From NCBI GenBank assembly GCA_965637545.1, contig OZ281494.1:21452001-21516000 (forward strand): a stretch of DNA of 64,000 nt, in the 5' to 3' direction. The notes beneath the pieces were generated by a model. The model made no database searches, was not told where the DNA came from, and was given only the letters and a program-made list of their open reading frames with translations. Both the position numbers and the translations under genes were made by a program. Source of the DNA: Phallusia mammillata (lineage: Eukaryota). Below are positions 41,601 to 52,700 of the stretch, piece after piece. Each line of letters starts with the position of its first letter. Position 1 is the stretch's first letter.

Positions 41601-44600
41601 GCATTTATGTGCCTAATGACCTTTAGGTAAAAACTTACAACAAAGGTTCAAACCTCGCAAACAGTTTATGTTTGCAATATTTTAAAAGCGTACAAGCCGT
41701 ATGTCTAGCTATGTCACGCTTTTGCACCTTTCAGGTAAAACGTCGATCAGGCAGGCAAGAACACCTTTTGCTTGTTCGCGGGCGTCGGTAATGGTGCAGA
41801 ACCAAATCAATCCACCACATTTATGTTGTTGTTTTGTTCCGCTGTTTCGTCTGGACTATAAGCACAAGGCAGCGGACAACCTTCCGCCAATTTTTCACTT
41901 TTCCCTCACTGATTTAGACTTGTTGTTGCATGCAAACTAGCACAAACTAGCGGCGTCCCAGCGCGAAAAATAACAACAACGTTTTGATTCACCTGCGACA
42001 TTTGCGACAAAGTGTTGAAAATGTTTGACCACCCTGAAGCAGTTTTCAACTCATGGAATGGTAATCCTCTGGGCCGGTAGCAGATTCAATGGATATGTAG
42101 TAACGTGCAACTTTTTGACTTAAAACAAATGTTTTGTCGAAGCGACGTGTTATAAATATTAAATTAAAAAAAAATTTAATAGTAAAAATTGAAATTGACA
42201 AATAACGGTCACAACATATTGCTGTTATGTACACAATCTTGTGAAACGTAGTTCCTGGAGTTTACAACAGTGTGGACAAGCAGATTTTGAAATACATATT
42301 TGTAATTTCGATCGAGGTTGAAACAGGGTTGACAACGTCAATAGCGAGAGTTTGTTCTCCGAATCACATTTTCGGCGCAAACAAATACGTCGACTGTGTT
42401 TCATGCACACAAACTCGTATAGTAGCGGTCGCAATTTGACATTTTAAATCCTAGTTCATCTCTTGTCGGAACAGCCAGTTAAACCTTCTGCCGTGCTTCG
42501 TGCAGGCTGTGTATTTTGACAACAATGAAGTTTAATCCGGCTAGAAATCGCGTAATATCTGGTAATGCTGTCGAACAGGTGTCGGGCCGTGTCTTCCGAA
42601 TTACCAAGAAGCGTTGTACCACGCAGTGTTTAGTATAAGCTGTAGCTTATGTCGGATTAAGATTGCCAACACGTGTTCGCTTATGTTTACGCTCGGTATC
42701 AGGGTCAGCAAAGGGACAAGCAGATTAAGATGTTGTGCAACAAAGCAACGTCATACTTACGTCATAAAATAATCTGCCAGTCACAGTTAAATGTAGCACA
42801 ATAATGTTGGTTTGGAAAGTATGTGCAAAATGCACAAAAATTTTAACAGGAAACATATGTTTCCTACGAAGTTAACTTTATTGTGGTAAGTAATCATGAT
42901 AAACCCAAGAACTTTGTTTGGAGTTAATTTAGTTATCTGGTCATTTAAAAAAGTTATGCCGATGGCACTTTCCGATGATACTTGTCACCATCTTCGCGGG
43001 GACTTCAGTCATGGCGAAATAAAAGCATGATTGCATATGTTGTTTTAAAATACCCCCCTGGCGAGAATAATAAAACCACTTGAACGATTTCAATCAACTG
43101 CAGGTTAAACAGAGAACCGACAAATTACAGCGAGATGAAATAAGACGGCATTGGGGACGCGTCATTACATCGCATTTGTATTTTGTTCAAGTGTTCCAAC
43201 CAGAGAATTCTTGGCATATTCTGTAGTAAGGGGCAAAGTTGTTGAGATTTGGGCAGAGAGCGGTAAAGCCGTTTGTCATTGCACGAAGTGTTTAGAACTG
43301 ATTGATCTATCAACTGTTGCCGAAATAATATTTAGCCAAGCTTGTCGGTACTCAAATCCAAACGGCTCAAAATAAACAGGGTTGTTTTGACAACTATTCT
43401 GCTGCACGCCCAATGGCTGAAAATCCAAGAACGGTCAATATTTTTTTACAAATCGTAACTTGGCGATGCCATCCCCTTTGAGACAGCTTAACAATACCAG
43501 TTGAGATTTTAACGGCCTTTGTTTAGTGCAAAGGCGCCACAAAACGAAGACAATGGCATTGAGGTTCGTTATTCGATGGTTGCCACGCGCTTGTTGAACG
43601 CGGTAAGCACCTGACATTGGCTGTTGTTAGCGGCAGTGACAACAGAAGCGACAGGTTGTTTAATCGGTTAGGGGTAATAAAGCGTTTTAGGGTAACACAA
43701 ACGCGTACTTTTAACCACAATGTTGGTTGTTTCGTTGGCAAATATTGACGTTCGTACGAAAAAAACAAACTCCCTCGTGTTAACAATGGCTAGTGTTGAT
43801 ACGAATGAGATTATAGGTGCTTTGTCCATCGTTGCCTCGTTGTGATTGAGAGTATTTACTCGAGTGATCGCGCCGGGTACATCGTTGTTGCTTCTTGACA
43901 ACAAATACCTACCAGCATAAGTGACAGGTCCATCTGCTCGCAGCTATAGTAGCCGACACACCAGAGCAACTGTGGTCACCCTTCGATGAAAACATTTGTC
44001 CCAGAAACTTGGTAAAGGCGACAAAATGTGTGTGCTTTGCCTGTAAAAAGGTCGCTTTGCCCCCCTTGCATTGTGTTATTTTGTCATGGTATGAGTTGTA
44101 AATAAGCTGTTTACAGACTAACGGCGTCAGGCCCCGAATCGGACACTTCCGCGCGTAGACGTATCAAGGTTATGTTGTGACTATGCACAAAATAACAGCA
44201 AGCAACCGCCGTATTAGTAATTGCAAGATAAACCCAACAAATCATGTCACTCTGACATGTTTTTCCACCACTAACTTCGATCATTCACCTTCGTCTTCAA
44301 ATCACCTTTTAGCGATGGATCACACGACTCTTTACTGCCCACTGGTGTAAAAATGAAAATATTCAAGTTAAGGACACTTGATAATTAACCGCGTCATATT
44401 AATTTAATGTGTTGTGCTATATATGTAGGCTACACAGTCTTGCATGTAGGTATGTTGTAATCGCTCATGTGTAGTCACTTTAATAATTAATATGCACTTA
44501 CACGTGTACTTCGAGCAGCTATTTACATGTCGAAGACCTGGCGCCTATAATGGTCCAACAAAGACCTAGTAATTTAAAATATGTAGCAATAATCGCACAA

Positions 44601-47600
44601 CAAAAATCTAAATTCAAAAAAGAGTTTTTGATGGATTTGAAGGTAGTTGTCCCCCGTCTGAACTCGCACAAGTGTCTTGAGTTACATGCGACACCTTACA
44701 CGCAGTGTGTTGACCACTGACTTACAACATCAATATTTTTTGCAGAGGTAAAATTATCGGTAATGTCATAACTCTCATATTGGTATAAATCCCAGGTGTC
44801 CATATTGAAAGAGACTTAACTTATCTCGAACACCTGTTATAACATTCAGCCAAACATCCATAAGCGCTACCTTCGTTTTGTAATCATAAGCAAATAAAAG
44901 AAAACAATTAAAAAACACGAAAACGCAAGTGTAGCGGGAATTCGGCGCTCAAGCATGTTGCCGTTGTTTTAGCAATTTATACCTTTTTGGTAATATCAAA
45001 GACCAATTGAGGATCTTCTTGTAAGACACTTGCGTTCTCGGTTGTAATAACACTTTTGCCGGAACGCTCGGTCTTTTACCAGGTGCTGACGGCAAAATTC
45101 CTTCAACTGGTGCACATTGTTATTCCTGACGCTGGCATCGATTATTCTTAAGCACACAAAAATTCAAATACTCGAGGGGTACTCGAAAAATCAACCCCTC
45201 GTACAATATGGCCACTTATAAAACTTTATGAAGGATAATGATTTGACATACAACGGATTTACGTACAACGTGGCGAATTTCCGAGCGTTTTTCTACTTCT
45301 TTGAGCCACCACATCAATCCCCGTTAGTCGGTATTGATATTTGCTATCAGATAATGTTGGAATCGTTTTATCACTGAAAGGGATGTATTGGAGACAAGAA
45401 AATGGGTGCATCTGTCGTCAAAAGAAAAAAATCATCTCTTTTGATGCGTGACCACAACCACTTTTGGCCAACTAGATTTAATTAACCGTGAAAATGAACG
45501 TGCTTCTGTGCGTGTAAACTCTCTTAAAACATTGTGATGACAAGTCGGTAAACTCTTCAAAACACACCAGTGTAAGGACAAAAAGAAAGGCAAGTCATTT
45601 CTGTTTAAATACGTCAAAATCAATAAACAAAGACTGTGAAAAAATGCAGTGACCCATTGAGCTGTTACGCCACCCCTTAAATATCGATTTGTTGCATAGG
45701 TTTTATTTTAACAAAGGAACCTTCTGCGAAGGTTTAGGTAGGGTTGTCAGTAGTGTTTTGCGATGTAATCTCTTCATTGAAGTGTTTGGTTTGACCTCAA
45801 GCGTTCTCCTGAGAGCGAAGCATCTAATCTCGTTGCATCAGGTTGAAAGTCATACCTGATCGTGACTGATTCTTATTTCAGTGGTTGCTTATCATCATTA
45901 CCGCTTTCTCTGACGTAGCATTGCCAGAACAACAAGACCCGCCCAACCGAACTCGATATAAGTGCACAGAAACATAGCATATATGCTCCAAAGAAAAACG
46001 TGTTTCGTTTTAGTTAGAATGTGCCAATGCAAAAATCGAAAAAAAGTGTTATAAGGCTTTTACTTTATAACCATATCTTGTTTGATTTTAATAAATCGTA
46101 ACACCATTTTTCTGTTACGTCAGAAAATTATCGTCACACCTATCAAAAAGAAATTCCGACTCCACTTGGATAAGGAACAATTTTGGAACGAACGTGAAAC
46201 ATGAAAGTAAAACACTTTACAGCAAAAAGATGAATGTCGGCCTTTACATGGTGATGTAGATCAACTGCTCCAGGCGTGTTGAAATTGATCTTCAATTGTA
46301 CAACGCCCATTATAAGCACATACCACTGGGGTTCGGGAAGTCAACACAACCATTTATGTAATAGGTCTATTACTATAATGACCATACACAAGCCGATTGA
46401 GGCGAGATAGAAATCAGATCGGTAACTTGAACCGAAATGTTGTAAGTGCGGCACACGTCTTCCTGGGAGAGACGCGATGAATGCGGGTGATTTGATGACG
46501 GAGATTTGGCCAACGATAACCGTAGGTTGTTTTAACAATTTGCTCCCTATACCTTGAGGTCATGTGTGAACAGAACTGATTACATAAACGATCTATGAAT
46601 CTACACGACGCTCATCAGCCTGTTTGGCTCGGAAACCCGATGCTTTCGCATTTCATTTGCCTATCAGATTAGGCTTATTTTCGACAGCAAAATTGGGTGC
46701 GTCAACTAGAAAATTGGTTCATTTTAAACGCAGATATTTTGAAATCTAATACAAACAACTCGGTGAATAGTCTTCTATGCATTGTTAATGCATAACAATA
46801 TTTTTTTTTCGTTAAAACATGTTGCGCTGTTAACTGCAACAAACTGCAAACATTTAAGTTGTTTCTAATCTCTAATAGTATATATAACTGTTTTCTCACA
46901 GTTTACTATTCCCCATTTTATGGTTGGGTTCCATACGAATCTGATAAAGTGGTGCTTTTCAGTATTGGTGTTTTTAAATTAATTAACCTACCAATCACAA
47001 GTTTTTTTGTATTTACGAAATATTAATTTCGGTTTGTTTTGAACAATCTATGCGTATCATCGCTGCAATACAGGCAAACATTTTTTGTCTGTCTTTGCTT
47101 TCTAAAAAACGCCGTAGTTCCTTTATGTTACAGGTACCTTTCAGTTGTTAATCGGGCCGAAGCCTGCAGACTGTGGGACAGGCTTCGAATTTCCATTCTA
47201 TCACATTTATGCGATAATTTAATGTCTACATTTCGATGTTGCTAGACACGTGGCACAAACAGCCACTCACAGAACACAAAGTACGTTGAAAAACGTAATT
47301 ATAAATCAATCAATTGAAGATAAACTAAAAGCTGGACAAGTTGTATCTTACATGCAAAGTTTTTCTGGCTCAAGCTGAGATATGTGGTTTCGTCAGATAT
47401 ACGATGTGATAAAGTATACGTCACACGTTTGGCGGTTTGTAGGAAACGTTGTGAAAACAAACGTCCCGGGCGTAACCTGTCACGCTGTGAATATAACTTC
47501 GATTACCGACAAGATAATATTTGTCTACTTAAGAAGTAATTCCTACGACTAGAAGGCGCGTGACGTCACAAACAGTTCACTTCTTCAGCTGTTATTTGGA

Positions 47601-49799
47601 ATTAAGGTTGTTAATAAATTGCCTAAAAACCTAATATATTGCCTTTAATAAATTGCCCAATAACATAATTATGTTGTTTAATTGTGTAAGATTTAGTTCT
47701 TATCTTAAACATTTACAAAACACTTTAAGCAGCTTAACATGATTAACATTTATCAACACGAAAAGCAATAATGTCTTGTATGCACTTATCGCCTTTAACA
47801 CAATGCCAACCCTTTATGATAAATGTAGGCTACTCATGCAATGATGCTTTCGAATTGCATTTAATGCTTCTGGCCCGGGCTAGATTAATCATTAATCAAA
47901 GTAAGCACATTATAATTGAATTTTCATTAGCGTCTCAATATTTTATTGTACTGACAAGTCGAAAATTTTCAGTTAATAGACTGAGTGGTCTTCTATGAAC
48001 GCAAATAATGCAACAGTACAACAGCATATACGTTCAGTTTTCAGGCTCACTTTGTGCTACATCGAAATCTTCAGTCACAAGCTACCACCATATACGACCA
48101 TCAAAGTCGTGTGTGCTTCCTCTGAAGGGATTCTTTGATAACAATGTATTTGACATACTTTTTATGGTTGTTTGTAATTTACACACTTTTTTAATTTAAA
48201 ATTTGTAAAATAATTTCTTACAAAGCGACAAGTTTCAACAAAAAGCTTCAGAGTTTCGTTTTGATAATAAAAACGTTTATAGGCTTACCATTTCCAAAAA
48301 GCGCTTTTCTGGTAGTTTACACCTGGAAAATATGCCGTGATGTTGTAAATCGTATGTAGTTTGGAACCCTGGTGAACTCGCGCATTCCATCAGCGAACGG
48401 TGCAAAAATAACTCAACAAAGACTTCGTTCTTTCCAGTGAGCACCCTCCCCGGAAGTAAACGCATAACAGAGAAGAGTAAAGATCGCGATGTTATCACGA
48501 CAGACGCAACACGTGTGGAAGCCCCATCTGCATAAACACCCAAATAAACAGAAAATTTTGAGATTACTCGCCTGGTGGTTGAACATGAGATTGGCATCGC
48601 AAGAATAAAACTGATGCATTGCTTTTAAACTTTTTTAAGGAATCAATATATTCTACGACCCACGTTACCCCTTAATTTTTGTTACATTTATTTCTCTGTA
48701 AAGCGAGCTTTTTAAAATTTAAGGTTTAGTTAAAATTAAAATTAAATTCGTATCCTGGAAAAACTAAAGGCGATGCCAAAAACTTTTTAGATTTAGGCAA
48801 TCCAAGTTTATGTGGCAAACCACATAACACTGCTTAAAAATACACCTTGGAAAAACTGGACTAGTAAAAACACATTGCACCGAAATATGCACTCGTTGGT
48901 TTAAAAAAACGGTTACACAAATGCGCAATATTAATTAAAGATGTGTTTATGTGCGTCAGAAGCCATGTTGAGGAAGTCAGTGAAATATTGAGATAAACAA
49001 GCGCTAATCTGCTTACGAGTCAGCAGATCTTCGTCGCTTTGTAATTAGATTCGTCATGTTTACGAAACAGATCACAATGCCTGTTTGTCGAAGCAATGAT
49101 ACAATCAACTTTAGCCGCGCGGCAAATCGTACGCGCGTGTTAATGCAAGGCCACAAGTTATCGGATGGTACGGGCTAGTACAAGATGCCACGCCGATAAA
49201 GCTCTTCACTCTACGAAAAGTTGACCTTCGTTTCCTGGGTTATTTATCATAATCAATCTACCAATCCACATTTCGTAGAATGGCGCGTCAAAATCAAATT
49301 CTTGTCGAAACCAACATGCTGAGCATTTAAATTACAAGATTTAAATTATCAAGTATTGCAGCAATCTCGATTTAAATCGCATAGCTATATGTGTGACCCT
49401 GGCTTCAATTTGTCATGGCCGTTAAGTAATGTAAGCTTTAAAACAAACAGAATTCCTATTGGACTGCATGACGTTTAGCAGCGTCATCCGCCTTAAAACT
49501 GATTGGATGATTGCTTTTAATCGCATTTGCTACAGCAATAATTACCAACGCTCTTATCTAATGAGACACTGATCTATAAGGCAATGTGGTACAAAACAAT
49601 TTGTGAATCGCATGACGCTGGTAGCAGGGTTTAACGCAATACGGCTAATCATGTTTTATGACATTGGCAGCATGAAACATTATGTCAATATTCGCGCTTC
49701 CAAAATATTTCGTGCATGGTATCTAGCTACACCTAGTGGATATGGCAGCATTTTCATCAACCGCTAGGTGACAGGTTGACAAGTGCAACAGTATTGAGC

Positions 49800-50015
49800 A
49801 AATGACGGGGCAGGAACTTGGCCGAATGGTCCGGCGCTCCCGACCCATGTACATACATAAAAAAACTGATCGGAATTCGTCCCCGGGAGTGTCCTGGGTT
49901 CGAACTCCGTGATAAAAATGACGGTAACTTGGCCGAATGGTCCAGCGTACCTGACCTATATACTGACATACAAAATCCTTGTACCCGGGCATCCTGGTTT
50001 CGTAGCCTAGAAAAA
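49800..50015 (+). pseudogene. Tandem pair of degenerate tRNA-derived units (Leu/Ser-type, intron-like insert)
   Basis: Two units (~49800-49915 and ~49916-50015) each start AAATGACGG...AACTTGGCCGAATGGTCC (A-box-like TGGCCGAATGG). Unit 1 has the B-box-like GGGTTCGAACTCC and unit 2 has GGTTTCGTAGCC. Acceptor stems do not pair. Confidence 0.55.
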
Positions 50016-50253
50016 ATGTCTTCAGTTAAGGTAGGAGTACACCAATGCTCCACCAGTAATAGTCCAGATCATTGGAAACCCTTCAAATTTATCCTCATGC
50101 AACAAACGTATTAAACTGTGTGCTTAATTATAATGTAAACGGATTTGCCAAACCAAACATAAGTCACAGCACTTACATCTAAAATAACAACAACAAATAG
50201 CATACAATACTGTGACATGAATTGTTCCTGGTTTACCCAAAAGATGCTTACAG

Positions 50254-51102
50254 TTATTCTGACAAAACTGCTTCATCCCAGGGCCCATATATGTTATCCT
50301 TTTGCGGTTGGAGCTTAACTAAAATAAATGGAAAAATAAAATTTATCAACAAGCCAATACATCCAAATGCCACAGCACACACTACACTGTAGTGTACAAG
50401 AACAGCAACTATTATCATAAACAGAACAAATGTAATAACTGGAAGTACAACTTGATTTTTAGCTGCAATTCGTCGCCGTACCATTGGCCATAAACCAAAC
50501 AGCTGTAATGCCATCATAATTGTAGCAAAGGTATGAAAAGCTGTTTCAAATCGCGATGACAAACATACAGCAGCAAAAATAGCCATGTTTAACGACACTG
50601 ATTGAGAAACCAAAATTCCAGAAGAACCATAATCATGAAATATTAAATGACCCAATAACATCATAGAGGTCATTGTGTATAGAGTATCAGTGCTAATTGT
50701 GTGTGTCAGTGTTTGTAGGATGGGAGAAGCCAAACCTGTGTAAATTAACAACAAAAGTGCAGTTTTTAATCCATCGGTGATGATAAAAAACCTTATGTAT
50801 TTTTGTTCATTAGAGTACATTGTAAATACAAAGCAGCATACTAAGGTTACAGATATGCACATGGTTAACACAACCATTGGTGTTAAGTTGCCTTCCCTCA
50901 TGTGGAACCATACCAGCACAAAGCAGCATACTACACACAGCTGCTGCAAAATGGCTAATGATGAAACAAACAAAGTTTGAAAATGATATGTTTGAGCACT
51001 GGTCTTTCGACTTTTCAGAAAAGAATCGTCCACATAATTGTCTGGAACACTTTGATCCTCATATAGCACTCTTTTCCACCTAAATTTGTTGCGCAGGTTC
51101 AT
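50254..51102 (-). CDS. PIGC: Phosphatidylinositol N-acetylglucosaminyltransferase subunit C (GPI2/PIG-C), 282 aa, intronless CDS
   Basis: N-terminal WKRVLYEDQSVPDNYVDDSFL motif, multiple hydrophobic TM segments, SVSLNMAIFAAVCLSSR and C-terminal KDNIYGPWDEA, all typical of PIG-C. Confidence 0.96.
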   Translation of the reverse strand: MNLRNKFRWKRVLYEDQSVPDNYVDDSFLKSRKTSAQTYHFQTLFVSSLAILQQLCVVCCFVLVWFHMREGNLTPMVVLTMCISVTLVCCFVFTMYSNEQKYIRFFIITDGLKTALLLLIYTGLASPILQTLTHTISTDTLYTMTSMMLLGHLIFHDYGSSGILVSQSVSLNMAIFAAVCLSSRFETAFHTFATIMMALQLFGLWPMVRRRIAAKNQVVLPVITFVLFMIIVAVLVHYSVVCAVAFGCIGLLINFIFPFILVKLQPQKDNIYGPWDEAVLSE

Positions 51103-51136
51103 TTGAGTTTGTTACACTTTCATTGTTTAAACAAAT

Positions 51137-51160
51137 CTGAAATTAAAGGCAACACAATAA
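51137..51160 (-). promoter_or_regulatory. Orphan splice acceptor (probable SL trans-splice site) for PIG-C
   Basis: The minus strand reads TTGTGTTGCCTTTAATTTCAG|, ending at 51137, 34 nt before the PIG-C ATG and 63 nt after the FCF1 stop. There is no strong donor in the short spacer. Confidence 0.6.
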
Positions 51161-51199
51161 AGTCAGTAGTACAAGTATTCCACCACAAGCACATGGTAA

Positions 51200-51802
51200 T
51201 TACTGGTCTGATTTCGGTGCCCCAAAGGCATCTGGCATTCGTTCTATAGTATATTTATGTTGTGACAAATACATAATTGGTATACCCGGAATTTTTCTAA
51301 TCCTTCGCTTTAAATCTCTATCACATGTAGCAACAATATAGCATTTGTGCTGAGTTACTCTTTGCACCAAGCAGTCATCAGCATATGTCCCTTTATGCAT
51401 ACATGGCAAGCGATCAAATCTTGCATCTTTTGCAATCCTTAGTGCAACATGATATTTTGGACCAAGTTTTTCAAGTTCAGCCATAACACAGTCTGTAATG
51501 CATGGTGTACATTTAGCATAAAGGCAATCCATCATAGATTTCATGATGTCTAACTTGTTTTTGATTGAAAAGTTAATAAAATTAGTGTCCATTAAAACAT
51601 GGTATGGAGGTCCCAGCTGATCATTATATTTAAAAAACAATGCTGAAGATTCTTGTGGTAGATTTCGTTTGGACAGTTCCCCAGAAGTGGATGATTTTAT
51701 TTTCTTTTTGATTTTGCGTTTGTCTTTGCTGATTCTTTTGTCTTTCAAAGATATCATCCGCTTCATTTCAGCAAATTTCCTGGTACGTTTGTCTTTGCCC
51801 AT
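51200..51802 (-). CDS. FCF1: rRNA-processing protein FCF1/Utp24 (PIN-domain endonuclease), 200 aa, intronless CDS
   Basis: [22 protein letters not shown]-terminus; PIN motifs [57 protein letters not shown]. The true ATG is at 51802; the ORF track's 51856 start lies inside the predicted intron. Confidence 0.97.
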   Translation of the reverse strand: MGKDKRTRKFAEMKRMISLKDKRISKDKRKIKKKIKSSTSGELSKRNLPQESSALFFKYNDQLGPPYHVLMDTNFINFSIKNKLDIMKSMMDCLYAKCTPCITDCVMAELEKLGPKYHVALRIAKDARFDRLPCMHKGTYADDCLVQRVTQHKCYIVATCDRDLKRRIRKIPGIPIMYLSQHKYTIERMPDAFGAPKSDQ

Positions 51803-51823
51803 GGTGTTGTATGAGAAATTCAA

Positions 51824-51958
51824 CTGAAATAAACACTTAAGTATTATACACCACAAAACATGCTAGCACACCTTTATGCATATTTATGTTAATGAAATTT
51901 ATAGCAAAACACAAGCATTTACAATACATCTGTTAAACTTCCGAAGTACCGAACTCAC
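51824..51958 (-). other. Probable 5'UTR intron of FCF1
   Basis: Minus strand CTCGTG|GTGAGT donor at 51958 and TTTATTTCAG| acceptor ending 51824, 21 nt before the ATG. Confidence 0.6.
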
Positions 51959-52003
51959 CACGAGAGATAGAAAGTGTAAGTGCCGATAGGTGAGGTAAAG
52001 AGC
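51959..52003 (-). promoter_or_regulatory. Polypyrimidine (TCT/5'TOP-like) leader or initiator of FCF1
   Basis: The minus strand reads CTCTTTACCTCACCTATCGGCACTTACACTTTCTATCTCTCGTG immediately before the donor. Confidence 0.35.
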
Positions 52004-52159
52004 ACAGTTATTAAATTGGTGATTGAACACAACAAGATTATGAACCAAGTTTCACTGTTAGGAAGTAAGTTTAGGATTTTTACAAACCTCACCCCAGCCT
52101 AAATATTCATAAATTTCAAATTCTTTACAAAATTTCCCTTTAAATATATGCCAGTGGAT

Positions 52160-52700
52160 AGAGCTACTTTCGCTTTTTTATAGGTCCCCCACTTTTTTTT
52201 GTCTAACGCTGGTTTGTTAAACGCGTTTGGTCAAGAAAAAGTGCTTCAAATTTATTCATATTTGTACAGATGTTAGTTATTGATCCGTATTTGATCCTCC
52301 TGAAGTTTGACCCCGAACGACACAGTGGTTCACCCACAGGCCCCCGAAACGATTTTTTAAACGGCTGTACTGACTAAAGTACATAATCTGGAAGTTTCAT
52401 GCTTTGTTGGTGGTGCAATGTAAGGTATACTTAAGAATTTTGTAACTTTTTATTGGATTCACCCATTTTCACACTTTAAACCCCGTAATAATCGGTTTTA
52501 GTTTTAGGCCAGAAATACAAGCCCTATGGTGCAGAAATTTTTGAAAATTTTAACGATTGTTTGAGCAGGGTATTCGTTAAGTATTTACAATTTTGCCAGT
52601 TACCTTTACAGCCCATAATATGTGTACACTATCAGTCAGATGTAAGTCCCAAGGGAGTAATTCACTGGTTTACGATTAAGGTGGCAGAGCGGGAGTGCTC
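52160..52700. mobile_element. Degraded non-autonomous DNA transposon-like sequence
   Basis: Non-coding, with motifs such as CTCCTGAAGTTTGACCC and GGAAGTTTCATGCTT that resemble internal MITE text. Ends and TSD not resolved. Confidence 0.25.

Noticed and set aside
46340-48540. Possible third, decayed Irx gene (SRLRRDRN, SSWERRDECG*FDDGD, VWNPGELA fragments)
   Set aside because: The similarities are short, need frameshifts and stops, and no homeodomain core (NPYP, WFAN) is present.
49812-49915. Functional tRNA-Met(CAT) or tRNA-Leu gene
   Set aside because: The acceptor stem does not pair, the T-stem has mismatches, position 33 is C and no poly-T terminator follows. Kept only as a degenerate tRNA-like unit.
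50020-50115. Third operon cistron after PIG-C (small ORF ...FPMIWTITGGALVYSYLN*)
   Set aside because: It is very short, has no usable ATG context after the candidate acceptor and no recognisable homology.
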